Shown: piece by piece, positions 52,943 to 64,000 of the stretch
Position numbering within the stretch: the first letter of the stretch is position 1
Layout of the letters: each line of letters starts with the position of its first letter
Origin: Takakia lepidozioides
Taxonomy: Eukaryota > Plantae > Bryophyta
Assembly (NCBI GenBank): GCA_030704615.1
Contig: CM060732.1
Span: 18,600,001-18,664,000 of the forward strand
Direction of reading: 5' to 3'
Length of the DNA stretch: 64,000 nt
Made by a program: the position numbers and the translations under genes
Notes under the pieces: generated by a model
Databases searched by the model: none
What the model was told of the DNA's origin: nothing
The model's input: the letters and a program-made list of their open reading frames with translations, nothing else

Positions 52943-54774
52943 GAGCTCCTTAGAGCTATTCTGAGCTCCATTTCCTTCCTCGTTTTTTTCATTATGTGCT
53001 ACTGGCATCTTACTCACTTCGCGCTTTGGTGGGTTGGGTTTTGTCTCGTGTTTCACAGGTACTCGAAATATGTATGTGTCCTTTGCATCTGTAAGTGTCA
53101 TTTGCAGTATTAAAGTTTGTTTCTTTGAAAACATTCTTGTCTTCGTTCTAAAATTGAACATGTTTGTTGCAGGTGAGCACTGGTCCCACCTTCGTGTGCG
53201 GTGTGCAGAAAACATTTGCGGCTGACATGGTCATTCTCGACATCCCGGACGGCCAGGCTGTGCCTGAAGTTCTTCCGAAGGGCAAGACACCAAGTTGGAA
53301 CAAATTCGATGACAACTACTGGAGTTGGGTGTTCGGGTTCTGTAATAATTTCCTCTCTGATGTAGGGACACTTCTGCTTTTTCAGTCATGTGACAAAGAT
53401 AGCCGTCGGGCATTGGCATCATACCTGAAGTCCTCTGGGTTTGAAGTTTTGCTCACATGGAATTGTGTGAACAGCCTCTACCTTGTGAAAGGGGGTTGTC
53501 CTGGTCAGCTGGTACGCCGTCTCCCTTGTGCTTGTGTTTTTATGTTGCGTTTCAATGTTCTCTGCAACTCCACTCTAGAAGAATCTGTAATGATCGACAC
53601 CGATCATCACAGATTCGTGACAAAACATATTGTTGTATGCTTGTGTTTTGAATAGCCAAAATGTACAAACTTCCACTATAGTTTGTGTTTACCACCCTAA
53701 CTTGCAGTCTTTGGCAGACGAGGATGTTCGTTGCGATCTGCCTGCGGAGGATTCGCACCTCAAAGACACCATCCTCCGTCCGCAGCTTTGAGATTTCTGA
53801 CCAGGGTTGTTTCGTCAACCCCCCGTATGAGCCGCATATCGATGACATTTTGTACAACTTCATGCAGTCCAGTCAGACTCTCAAGAGACCAGATGGCACT
53901 CCCTGGAGAGGTGCAAAGGAAAAAACCCCAGCGTTCATGCAGACACTGCTGGAGTCATGCAGCCACCATTCTGCACGGGTGGTCGATCTTTCTGTGTCCA
54001 CAGGTTCGTTCTCTCCCTTCCGAATTGATTTTCTTTCACCAGTTTCATCTTCTTAAATCCCCCCCCCCCCCCACCAACCTGTTCATGTCCTCCTGTCTGG
54101 TGCAGGAGCAACTTATCATGCATGCAAGGTAGGCGAAAGAAGCCTTTTTGGCATGGAGGGTGATTCTGACCTTTACAAGACAGTGTTCCTCCCCCTTTTG
54201 TCTGGCTCCACTTCAGGCACACAGACTGAGAGGATTCAAATCCAAAATGATGACGATCCCGAGGATAAGCAGGTCGACAACGACTTTTCATGTGAGTAAG
54301 TCCTAAACCCACTTTGGGAGCCATATTCAATTTCTCGGACATCAAATTTACAGTAATAATTTTTTTCGGGCTGTGACTTGCAGGAAAGGCGGCGATGGAT
54401 CTTCAGGAGATACCCCCATTTGTGGCGAGACTATTTTCGACAGCCTCCTTTCCAATTTTCTGCTTCCTGTGTATGCCGAAGCAATGGCACTTCATGCGGC
54501 CGAGTCTCTATCCCCTGATTTTTTATTGCCCGGCCGCAGGTGTAGCCAGCGTAGATCCGGAGTTCTTCAATACTTAGACTTACATGCAGAGGACGCGGGG
54601 ATACATTGTACTGACTATGAGTCAGACTGAACTTTGTTCTTTTAATGTTCTGTTTCATCCTCTTCGGAAAACATTGAATCCCCTTACTCCACTGTAGTTG
54701 TTCCGGCAGAAAAAATAATAAAAATCAAAGAATCCACTTTCATTAAAATGGCAATATGTACGAATCCATCCCAC

Positions 54775-55020
54775 AAACCCCACTCACTCTTGTCATATCC
54801 ATTGTGCATTCATCTACTGTGTATTCATGCTTGCTCCATTCATGAATGTTTTCCATTATTCAACATCCATTGTACATTCATCCACTGTACTCTGTAGTCC
54901 ACCCCATAAACCTACCACACTCATGTCATATATATTGTGCATTCATCTACAGTGTATTCATGCATCCTCCAGTCATGAATGTTTTCCATTATTCAACATC
55001 CATTATACATTCATCCATTT
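54775..55020. repeat. ~133-bp direct duplication downstream of the MTase gene
   Basis: attgtgcattcatctac.gtgtattcatgc...catgaatgttttccattattcaacatccatt.tacattcatcca occurs twice. Confidence 0.85.
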
Positions 55021-55561
55021 TACTCTTACCCATCCTACATTCATCCATCCTTCATTCATCTGTTGCTTTCAGGTGGGAATGACCACGTCCTTTTATTATG
55101 TCGTCCAGCTTGTTTCCGTGGTAAAGGGTGCTCTTCCACGGGAATACACTCCACTTCTTCTTTGGCGCGTGGTGACGCGGCCTTCAAGCGCGATGACGTG
55201 GAGTGAGCCCCGTGATGTGGCGTTGGTGCAAGGTGACGTGGCGCTCACGCAGTTGCGCTCACGCGACCAGGCTCACGCCGAGGCATCCCTGAATGTTGAA
55301 TGTTCATGTGATGAAGCAATGTATCCCTGACAGGGTTGCACACGTCACATCACGTCATGTCACATCAGACCTGACGCTGACGCGACCAACGTCACGTCAG
55401 TTTTGCCGAAAAATCAGTAAAACATGAGTTAGGTGAAAAATATGCCACGTAGGTGGACACGTTGTATTCCAAGCGACACCTTGGCAAGTGATTGAATTGT
55501 TTTATAAATTACTCCATCCGCCAATATTTGAGATCATTTTAAAATCATTATTGTTAAATTG

Positions 55562-56060
55562 GTGCGACCTCCAAATGTTGGTGGTCGCAGAATTTATCTT
55601 ATTTTTTAATAGTTGCAACCACCAACAGAGGGGTGGTCGCATCATTTTTTTTAAAAAAAAATAGATGCGACCACTAGCAGGGGTGGTCGCATTTTTTTTT
55701 TTTTCTTAAACATTTGCGACCACCCCTACTGGTGACCGCACAATTTTTATTTTATTTATAACAGGTGCGACCACCAGCAGAGGGGTGGTCACAGCATTTT
55801 TCTGTTTTTTAATATCTGCGACCACGAGCATGGGGGTGGTCGCAGCATTTTTCTTTTTTTTTAATAGGTGCGACCACCAGCAGGGGGGTGGTTGCAGCAT
55901 TTTTCTGTTTTTTAATATCTGCAATCACCAGCATGGGGGTGGTCGCAGCAGTTTTTTTTTTTTTTTTAATAGGTGCGACCACCAGCATGGGGTGGTCGCA
56001 ATATTTGTCAATTAATTTAAATAACATGCGACTTCCTCGTGCGACCTGGGGCGGTCGCAG
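55562..56060. repeat. Subterminal inverted-motif array (~10 copies, ~51-bp period) upstream of the hAT transposase
   Basis: TGCGACCACC-N6-9-GGTGGTCGCA units separated by A/T tracts. Confidence 0.88.
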
Positions 56061-56189
56061 CTTTGGATTCTGATTCGTCGAGCGTGTGAGGCTTGGAGGC
56101 TGGAGGGTATATAAGTTGGTCACAATGCCCCTCACTTCTTTTGTGGCAAACACTTTTGTGGCGAACACTTTTGTGGCGAATGAATGTTC

Positions 56190-58941
56190 TCTATTCCTTG
56201 AGCAAGAGTGTAGCCCAAGAGGAGGGTGCGGACCGTTTGCTGTTGTGGCTTCCACTAGAGCCACTGCAGCAAATTGTTGAAAAACACAATATTACATGGT
56301 GCATTGATCCACTTGGATTGATGCCGTAGTGTTAGGCCATCGCATTCTGTTCTACCTTCTATTGCTCTTGACAAATCTACCAAGTACACTAGTGGTGCAT
56401 TGAAGCTGGCGGGTCGCAAAGATCGCATGTTATATCACCTCAGCTACAAAGATGGGAAGAATGCAGTGGTTAGTTTGTGCCCAAAAGCCTCCATGCGAGT
56501 GAAAGCCCACTTTGCCCAATGTGGAGGCAATATCCCACCGTCTCTTGATGTGGCCGTGGCTTCTGAGCCAAACACTTCATGTTCGAATCAAAATGCCCCT
56601 CAGAGTTCTACCCAAGGGGATTATTGCGAGGCGTCTGCTGTTCGTGGAGAAGCCGGTGGGTCAGGAGCAACACCCGATTGTACGCCAGCACTTGTACAGA
56701 CCAGACCATTGAGGCAACAATCAATGCAAGAAGGCTTAAATTTGTCGCACAGGAGGACTCTGGATAAGAAGTGGGCTGTCAAAGCCACTTCCTACATTTG
56801 TGGCTGCTGTCAAAGCCACGTCCGATGCCAAGTCCACATACACACCTCCGAATTATCGCGATCTCCGCACAGGATTGCTAGAAGAGGCTACGTCTGACCT
56901 CATCCAAAAGGTGAATGAAAAGACAGGTGATTCTCTCCGGAAATATAGAAGCACTATATGTGCGGACGGTTGGAGTTCTGTTACTAATCGACCATTGTTC
57001 AATGTCATGCTGGTATGTCTTGCGGGGGAACAATTTTTGGGATCCGTTGACACAAGTGGGGAGAGAAAAGATGCACGTTATCAAGCAGGGTTGTTGACGA
57101 GTTTCATCGATACAATTGGAGCCGATAAAATTTTCCAAGTATGCACGGAAAGTGCATCTAATATGGTTAATATGGCCGATATTTTGATGGTACGATATCC
57201 CCATCTATATTACCAAGGGTGTGCTGCTCATATCTTTGATCTCCTTTTGGAGGATTGGGGAAAATAATCATGGATGAAACAACTAGTAAAAAGGGCAAAG
57301 TCGGTTGTGACGTTCATCTGTACACATCACATCCCTCTGGCATTGTTTAGAAAGCATGAACCCAAATACAGCCTTAGGAACCCGGATGAAACCCGCTTTG
57401 CCACAAACTTTTTGATGGTGGATCGACTGGTGACTTTGAGGGCGGGTCTGGAGCAGGTGATCATCGACCCTCAATGGGATGCGTATGTGGGCACCTTACG
57501 CGACTCTCGTAAGTCCAAGTCTTTGAACAGAAGTCGAAGGGTCCGCGCAATCATTCGCTCCGACGATTTCTGGACGAAATGTGCAAATTTTGTGTACATG
57601 GTGGAGCCGGTGTTGATTGCTTTGCGGGAGTTTGATGGAAAACAACCAATAATGGGGAAAACATGGTTGATATTGGAAAACCTTCAGAAGCACGTGCAAT
57701 CCTTGAGGTGTCCTCCATTCTCTATGGACGATGATTTGGTGGCAAGGACCGAGGATGCATTTTACGACCGCAAACGGATGGTTCGCACGGACTTGCATTA
57801 TGTGGGGGCCTTGCTGAATCCATTCTTGCTAGACAATACGGATTTGATAGACGATGTGGATGCCAAAGCCGGGCTTGTACGGGTCATCATGCAACTCGCG
57901 CCCTTGAGCATGACAGAGCGAGTTTTGTCCGAGTACCAGTGCTTCTCAGATCGCCAGAATCCTTTCCATGACATGCCGGATCCAAAAGCAATGAACATGT
58001 TGCCACATGAATGGTGGGATCTGATTGGAGCTAGAGCAAGAACGTTAGCTCCCATTGCAAAGCGTAATCTTGCTCAAGTGTGCTCTGCCTCGTCCTGTGA
58101 GCGGAACTGGAGCAGTTATTCGTTTGTTCACGACAAGATTCGCAACAGGTTGAATCCTGCCAGGGCTGACAAATTGGTTTATGTCTATATGCTACTGCGA
58201 GAGAGGACAACAAGTGACGCATCTGCATGGTACGAGAAGAATCTGTTGTCTGAAGAATCTGCCTCAGAGGTCCAATCTAGCAGCAATGATGACACCGACG
58301 CCGCGAGGGACTCCGACTCCGACGGTTTGGATGGGTCCGATGATGTCGGCAATCCTCCACATGACCCATATGAATTTAATGATGATGATGCTGCACTGCA
58401 CCCATCCTTCGATGACCTTGTTGTTGATGAACTGCGACATGATGTCATCCCAATTGTGGACCCCCTTCCCTCACTAGAGCACACTCTCAACAATGAAGTT
58501 GAGGTCAACTCTCCCCCACCACGAGTTCCACGGACTGCGGGAGATGTGCATGTCGAATCGTCGGATGATGACAACCGGCCGTTGTCATTCCTTCACCGAC
58601 GTCTTGCCCCTGTGAACCGTGCTTCATCTCACGCTGCTCCATCTCATGTTTCTCTTTCTCAAGCCGGTCCATCCCATGCTGGTCCATCTAGTCTCTCTCC
58701 CCCTCATGTAATTCCTTCCATCGCTACTCCGATCCTGGGAGATGCTTCTTCTGCTGCGGGACTTCTGCAAGTCGAACCATCATATGACGACGACCGGCCA
58801 TTGTCGTTTCATCTGGCCCGACGACGTCCGCATGTGAACCACGCTCCCCGACCCTCGCTGGTCCATCTCATGCCCCTTCCTCTCATGTCGGCCCCTCTGA
58901 TGTACGTGCGAGTAGCCTTCCTCATACGAGACCTGCTCTAA
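56190..58941 (+). pseudogene. hAT-superfamily transposase (DUF659 + hATC dimerisation domain), disrupted
   Basis: STICADGWS, QVCTESASNM, GCAAHIFDLLLEDW, ETRFATNF, EWWDLIG, SASSCERNWS, RNRL. In-frame TAA at 57265-57267 and a frameshift/deletion near 56775. Confidence 0.92.
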
Positions 58942-59159
58942 GGTCACCACGAAATCCGGGACAAGCCCAGAAACGGCAGAGAATTGTGCAACCTTTTGTT
59001 GGTGACCAACCTGTGAACAGGCCTGATACCCTAGATAGTATTCATGATAGGAGTGGAAATCGACCAGAGAGACAATAAAACGTACTCCGAGGACGACTAC
59101 AGGTCCAACGGCCAGTTGCCTCTGGAAACGAAAGAACAGATGGAGATGATGATTCCAGC

Positions 59160-61790
59160 ACTGATCTTTAACTGGGGTGAAGAGGATTGCCAAGGCTTTG
59201 GCAATTATCTTGTAGGCCACGTTCAGCAGGGTTATGGGTCTATAATTTCCAATGTTTGTTCTGTCCCCTTTCTTAAACAGGAGGATGATGACCCCTTGTG
59301 ATAGTTGGGGTGGCATGCTCCGAGTGAGAAAGATGTGGTTAGCCATCTCCAAAAAATCTTGCACTAAGTGTGTCCACAACGATTTATAGAACTCAGCCGG
59401 GATTCCATCAAGGCCCGGGGATTTACCGTTCTGAAGCTTGTCCAGTGCGTCTACAGCTCTATGTCCGTGAATTCACCATCCAGTGACTGGGCCTCCGAGG
59501 GATGCATCAATTTAGGGGTATGATCTAGGCTCTGGATCTGCTCTGGGGTTAGGGGTTGGCAGCTCGAATCGCTGTGAAACTGGCTCCTGAAGTGGCTGGC
59601 AGCCAATGCCACCAGCTCCTTGGGAGTTTTTGCTGAGTGGCCGGAGATAGGGTCCTTGAGTTCCGCGATCGAGTGGGCCACTCTTTTCTGCCTGGCTTTA
59701 TCAAAAAAAAATTTGGTCATCTTGTCACCCTTTGTTGACCAGTTTATACCAACCTGGAGCCTAAACTTTTCTTCCTTGCGCGATTGGAAGAGTTCCATAT
59801 TGTTCTTTGCCTCCAGATACGTATGGTAAGTAGGCTCGTCACATCTAGGGGATTATATTCTGGTTTGGCAAACCTTAAGGCATTTCGTCAAGGCTTGGAA
59901 CTTCCTTTTCCTGGCTTCCGTGATTTGTTTGCTAAGCTTTTTGCTGGCTGCTGCTGCTGCGTTCAACTTGAGAAGGAATCTGTCGACTGGGTTGGTAGAG
60001 CCATTCCCCGCTTGAGCCCAAGCTAGCGCTAATCCATGTTTGAAGGCTGGGATAGAGAGGAGGGAGGCGTTCAGCCTATAGATTCCTCTCCCCCTAGCTT
60101 GAGAGTTTGGGATGGATATTGTGGCTGAGACCTGCGCATGGTCAAAGCCCACTGGAATGGGCGCTTGGTTATTTCGGGCTGACCACTGGATGATATTTAC
60201 TGATGCATATATCCTATCCACTCTTGCCATGTTTGGGTGAGATAAATCTCGACCATTTGTCCATGTGAAGAATGGCTGATTGGCCCTATCTGTCTACTGA
60301 TGGATCCAGTCAGTCTCTACCAGGTTATGGTTTTGGGCAAGTAGCTGCCATGTATCCACATCCTCTGAGAGCTGTCCCGCCAATCCCAGGCCTCTTCTAT
60401 ATGTGGCTTGCTCCACCATATTGAAGTCCCCAGCAACGATCCATTGGTGGATGCCCTATTGGGCCATCATGTTGGTGTTCAGTTCCGACCAGAAAGCTAT
60501 TCTTTCCTGGGTACAATTTGGGGCATAAATGTTTACTAATCCCAGTGTGCCAAGGTTGTTTGACAGGGCTAAGGAACAAAACTGGGCTCTACCTGATATC
60601 CAAGATTCTTCCGAGAGGATAGAGTATGAGTGGCTGGTGAGAATAGCATTGCTTTTCCTCCTCGAGTCCCCTCCGAGGTGGGTTTTCTCAAGGATAAATA
60701 CTTTGGCCATAGGTGATCTGTAAGACTGTCTATTTTGGCCTGATTCTATTTGTGCTCTTGAATGAAGACTATGGTTGTCTGGTTGACTAAGGGGCTAAGG
60801 TATAAGGATAGCCTTACCTTTTGAGGAGAAAGGGTCCAAGCCCAGACCCCTTATTACTCCAGGACGTAAGGTTAATCTGCATCTGGCAGTGTTGGCAGGC
60901 TATGGTCAAGGGACCCCAATGATGGCCTGTGAACGAAGAATCTAACTCATTTGTCGCATGGCAACAATGATTTGACCCACAAGAAGTTTTCAGGGGGCTT
61001 TGGGCTTAGCCTTTTGATTTTGATCATGGCCACCAGAGATAGCTCTGGAGAGTCTTCTTGCACTGGGTTGGGGTGCATCTGAAACTGGTCTTTGTTGGGG
61101 ATGTTGGTTGTGATGCCTGAGAGGATAACTCTTTCATGTAGCGATCCCTTGGTGCAAAAGGCTTGTGGTATGACGATATGTCTGATGTTGGCTAGGGTAT
61201 GGTTGCACTCCCCTGGTTCCTGACTCCCCTGGTTGTGTTGGGGGGATGTGGATGGCAGGTAGAGATTGTCTATGTGCTGGCTTATGACGTAGTCCAGGCT
61301 TCCTACAAAGCAACCAACATCTCTTCGCATCATTTACAATTGGTTGATAAATGAAACAGGGAAGGTTGAGAGGCTGCACCTGGGTTTGGATGGGTTCCTG
61401 CGATTAAGTTGCAGGCGGTGGAGAGGCTTCTCCCTTACCTTTGGACTGGATCTCCAGATGTAAGGGGGCTGGTGATGAGGCCATTCCTGCTCCCCTGATA
61501 CTGAGTCGACTGATGAAGAAGAGGCTGTGGGCAGTCTTGCTCCTCCCACTTGCTCCCTGGTTCTCTACAGCTCCATCCGGTGGTTCTCCTCTTCCATCTC
61601 CACGTCTAGCTGCCTCATTGAGAGTAAGGTGAAGGTGCTGCGCAGTGCATCTCTTGTCCTGATCTTGAAACCGCCCTGCCCCCAAACCCTGATAAGTGCC
61701 GACTCATTAATCCATAGCGCCCCTGGAGGGGCAGGGGTATGATACACCTCTGCTTCCTCAAGAAGAGCTAGGATGTGTGTCAAGTTATTT
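59160..61790 (-). mobile_element. L1/Tx1-like LINE: ORF1 remnant, APE endonuclease and N-terminal half of RT, decayed
   Basis: Endonuclease: LVNIYAPN, WIVAGDFNMV, FTWTNG, RVDRIY, FDHAQV. RT: GDKMTKFFF, KSPGLDGIPAEFY, IILLFKKGD...NYRPITLLNVAYKIIAKALA. Multiple stops. Confidence 0.9.
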
Positions 61791-62559
61791 TACCACTAGT
61801 GTATGCTTCAGCTCTGTGAGCTCTGTGAGCTTGAGCTTGTATTCTTCTTCTTTATCACTCGAGAAAGATCAGCTCGTATCTGTGAGTGCCAGATACGAGT
61901 TAGTTGTAGCACTTGCGGTTTTTGCTTGAGGATGAGAGTAACCAGGTTGTTATGCAAGGAGCACCGTGGAGCCCTTGGTTGTTAGAAGCAGAGACGATGT
62001 GGGTTACGAGGTGGTAGACCTTGGCATTCGATCTTCAGCTTCAGAGATGAAAGCACCATGCTGCAGGTAATTCCATAGCACCTTGATGGTTTCAGATTGT
62101 GTACATGCATGAGCAAACACGATTGGGAAGATGACCAGTCGCAGGTTATAGTGGCTTTGGTGGCAAAGCGTAGAACAGGACTTGGGAATGCGAGCTTTCA
62201 TTGTGTGAAGGATTGCAAGACCAAGCGAAAGGGCTGATTTGGCTTTCAGTGCACTTTGTGGAGTATGTTGAGATTGGGTTTCAATCTCGAGCTTCAGCAT
62301 TGAGAGGGCTCTTGTCATGGCAAGAGCAAGGCTGGAACAGGAGCTAAGAGGTGCGACAAGGCCATGTAATGTGCACCTAGGGTTTCAGAGCTTGGAAGAA
62401 GAGCCCTTGCACCACAAGAGGAGTCTCTTGTGGCTGGAAATGTAAGCCTTAGGAATTCAGGAGCTTGGCAAAGGCTGTGGAGTGCTTAGTCTTGCCTTAG
62501 AGAGCATCAAGGAGCTAAGGAGCCAAGATAGGGGGCTGATACCTCTTGTGTGAAGAGGT

Positions 62560-62990
62560 TGCATTTGTGGAGCATGTAATCAGCTCATTGAAGCTTCCAT
62601 CTTCAAGCTTGGAGGGCAAGTAAGGAGGGAAGGGCTGACTTCCCTTATGTGAGGGCAATGCATGTGTGGAGCATGCTTTCAGCCTGTTGAAGGCTTGTAC
62701 TTTCAGGTTTTTGGAGTGCAAGAAAGGAAGGAAGGGGCTGGTTTCCATGTAGGGCATGTGTGGAGCATGCTTCTAGCCCGCTGAAGCTTGTATTTTCAGG
62801 TTGGTGGGTGCAAAGAAGGAAGCAAAGGGCTGATTCTCTTGTGGTGAGAGTGGGGCATGTGTGGAGCATGCCTTCAGTCCATTGGGCTTTTGTTTTCAAG
62901 CTTTAGAGAGCTAGAATGGAAGGGCTAGGGCTGGTTCCCACTTGGGTGAAAGAAAAGCACTTGTAGGGCATATGTGAGGTGGGTTTCAAC
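62560..62990. repeat. Degenerate ~98-bp tandem repeat (4-5 copies)
   Basis: catgtgtggagcatgc-like core at ~62563, 62661, 62755, 62856, with a weaker copy at ~62968. Confidence 0.75.
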
Positions 62991-63375
62991 CTCAAGCCTA
63001 GATAGAGCATGGCTCTTGAAGTGGCAGGTGTAGGGGTTGGAATAGGCTCTAAGACAGATGCTATGGCCAAGGAAAACGCTTGAATGAGTGCTCACAAGAG
63101 CTGGAAACCAACAAGGCTTGGTTGTTTGCCATTGAGTTTAGTGGCGTGTTTGGGGAGTCTAAGTGAGAAAGAAGGCTTGGTTTGTGGCAACCATCTTCCT
63201 CATGGCTTAGGCTACTATTGGTGGTGTGTGGAGCCGAAAGAGCAAGAATACCTTGCTGATTTCTTCACAGCCGCCATAGCTCGGTGCAAAGAAGCCTAGA
63301 GTCCAAGAGACACAAACCCTAGCTTGGCGTGGCTAAACCCCTTGGAGAAATGGCTAAACTGCCATGAGTGGCCAT

Positions 63376-63830
63376 GGATGGGGCTGTGACGGGCTGTGGA
63401 TGCAGGCCGTGATCCTGTGACCTGTGTAGGCCTTTGTGATGGGCTGTGATGGGGCCTGTGACGGGCTGTGACGGGCTGTGATGGCTGTGAGGGATGTGGC
63501 GGGCTGTGACAGGCTGTGCCTGTGGGGCTGTGTGTGTTGTGACAGGCTGTGGCCTTGGGGTTGTGACCCCTGTGACCTGTGTGTGACAGGCTGTGAGGGC
63601 TGTGACGGCTGTGGCCTTTGGGGCTGTGACCCCTGTGACCTCTGTAGGGCTGTGATAGGCTGTGCCTGTGGCCTTTGGGGTTGTGATGGGCTGTGACAGG
63701 CTGTGGCTTGTGGGGCTGTGACCCTGTGACATGTGTAGGGCTGTGACAGGCTATGACGTGTGGCTTTTGGGGCTCTGACGGGATGTGACAGGCCCTGTGG
63801 TGGGCTATGACGGCTGTGACCAGTGATCTG
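63376..63830. repeat. Degenerate ~10-bp minisatellite (GGGCTGTGAC-like)
   Basis: Many ggctgtgac / cctgtgac units are directly visible. Confidence 0.88.
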
Positions 63831-64000
63831 TGTGGGCCTGTGCTGGTCTATGGTGGTTCGTGTTGACCTGTGGACGGCCTGTGCTGACTCGTGGAGGCAC
63901 TGGTGGACTGCATAAGGACGTGGTCTCGAAGGCCGAATTTTGAAGCTCGTGGAGGGCGGTTTGAGGAGTATCTTCATGATATTCCCATGGTCATACAAGT

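Larger units (their letters stand above)
48732..54630 (+). pseudogene. Spliced ParB/Srx-like domain + beta-class amino (N6A/N4C) DNA methyltransferase fusion gene, disrupted
   Basis: Approximate exons 48732-49037, 50085-50700, 50797-50966, 51051-51485, 51573-51761, 53173-53511, ~53709-54003, 54106-~54295, ~54384-54630. ParB-like IPL..M....VRP...L..DF and FYVWDGNHQ (50565-50579). MTase motif IV DMVILDIPD (53239-53250), FLSDVGTLLLF, motif X WRGAKEKTPAFMQTLL, motif I VVDLSVSTG|ATYHACK...LFGMEGD. Stop at 50694 and frameshifts in exons 3-4. Confidence 0.8.

Noticed and set aside
53817-53828. NPPY as the MTase catalytic motif IV
   Set aside because: The structurally expected motif IV, after a hydrophobic strand and followed by the LxxxGxLLLF segment, is DMVILDIPD. 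NPPY falls in the variable region and is probably coincidental.
44697-55291. AAGGGACGCC (44697) and GGCATCCCTG (55291) as TIRs of the MTase-MULE element
   Set aside because: The match is only 8/10 and there is no target-site duplication in the flanks, so the element boundaries remain undefined.
63319-63998. Thr/Ala/His/Gln-rich ORFs
   Set aside because: They are translations of the 10-bp minisatellite, with no coding evidence.

Overview
Eukaryotic nuclear DNA from a land plant. Compact intron-rich genes and the TE repertoire suggest a non-seed, bryophyte-grade plant; that assignment is inference. Bases 1-37,000 are gene-rich, with six spliced genes in three head-to-head pairs: DRP5A dynamin / DUF2062 membrane protein, hnRNP A/B-like RRM protein / RPL41 (too short for the ORF track), and TAF5 / CW-type zinc-finger protein. 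Several introns carry retroelement fragments. Bases ~37,800-64,000 are nested, decayed transposons: a Dualen/RandI-like LINE 3' end, a GCM-like/MULE/SWIM transposase, a hAT element and an L1/Tx1-like LINE. The standout is a ~10.5 kb module. The MULE transposase is transcribed divergently from a spliced, now disrupted gene fusing a ParB/Srx-like domain to a bacterial-type beta-class amino-(N6A/N4C) DNA methyltransferase. Its introns hold about 25 copies of a 24-bp palindrome (consensus GTGAATGTCGGTACCGACATTCAC) with arm covariation, reminiscent of ParB/parS-like binding-site arrays. All calls come from manual reading and motif recognition; no searches were run.
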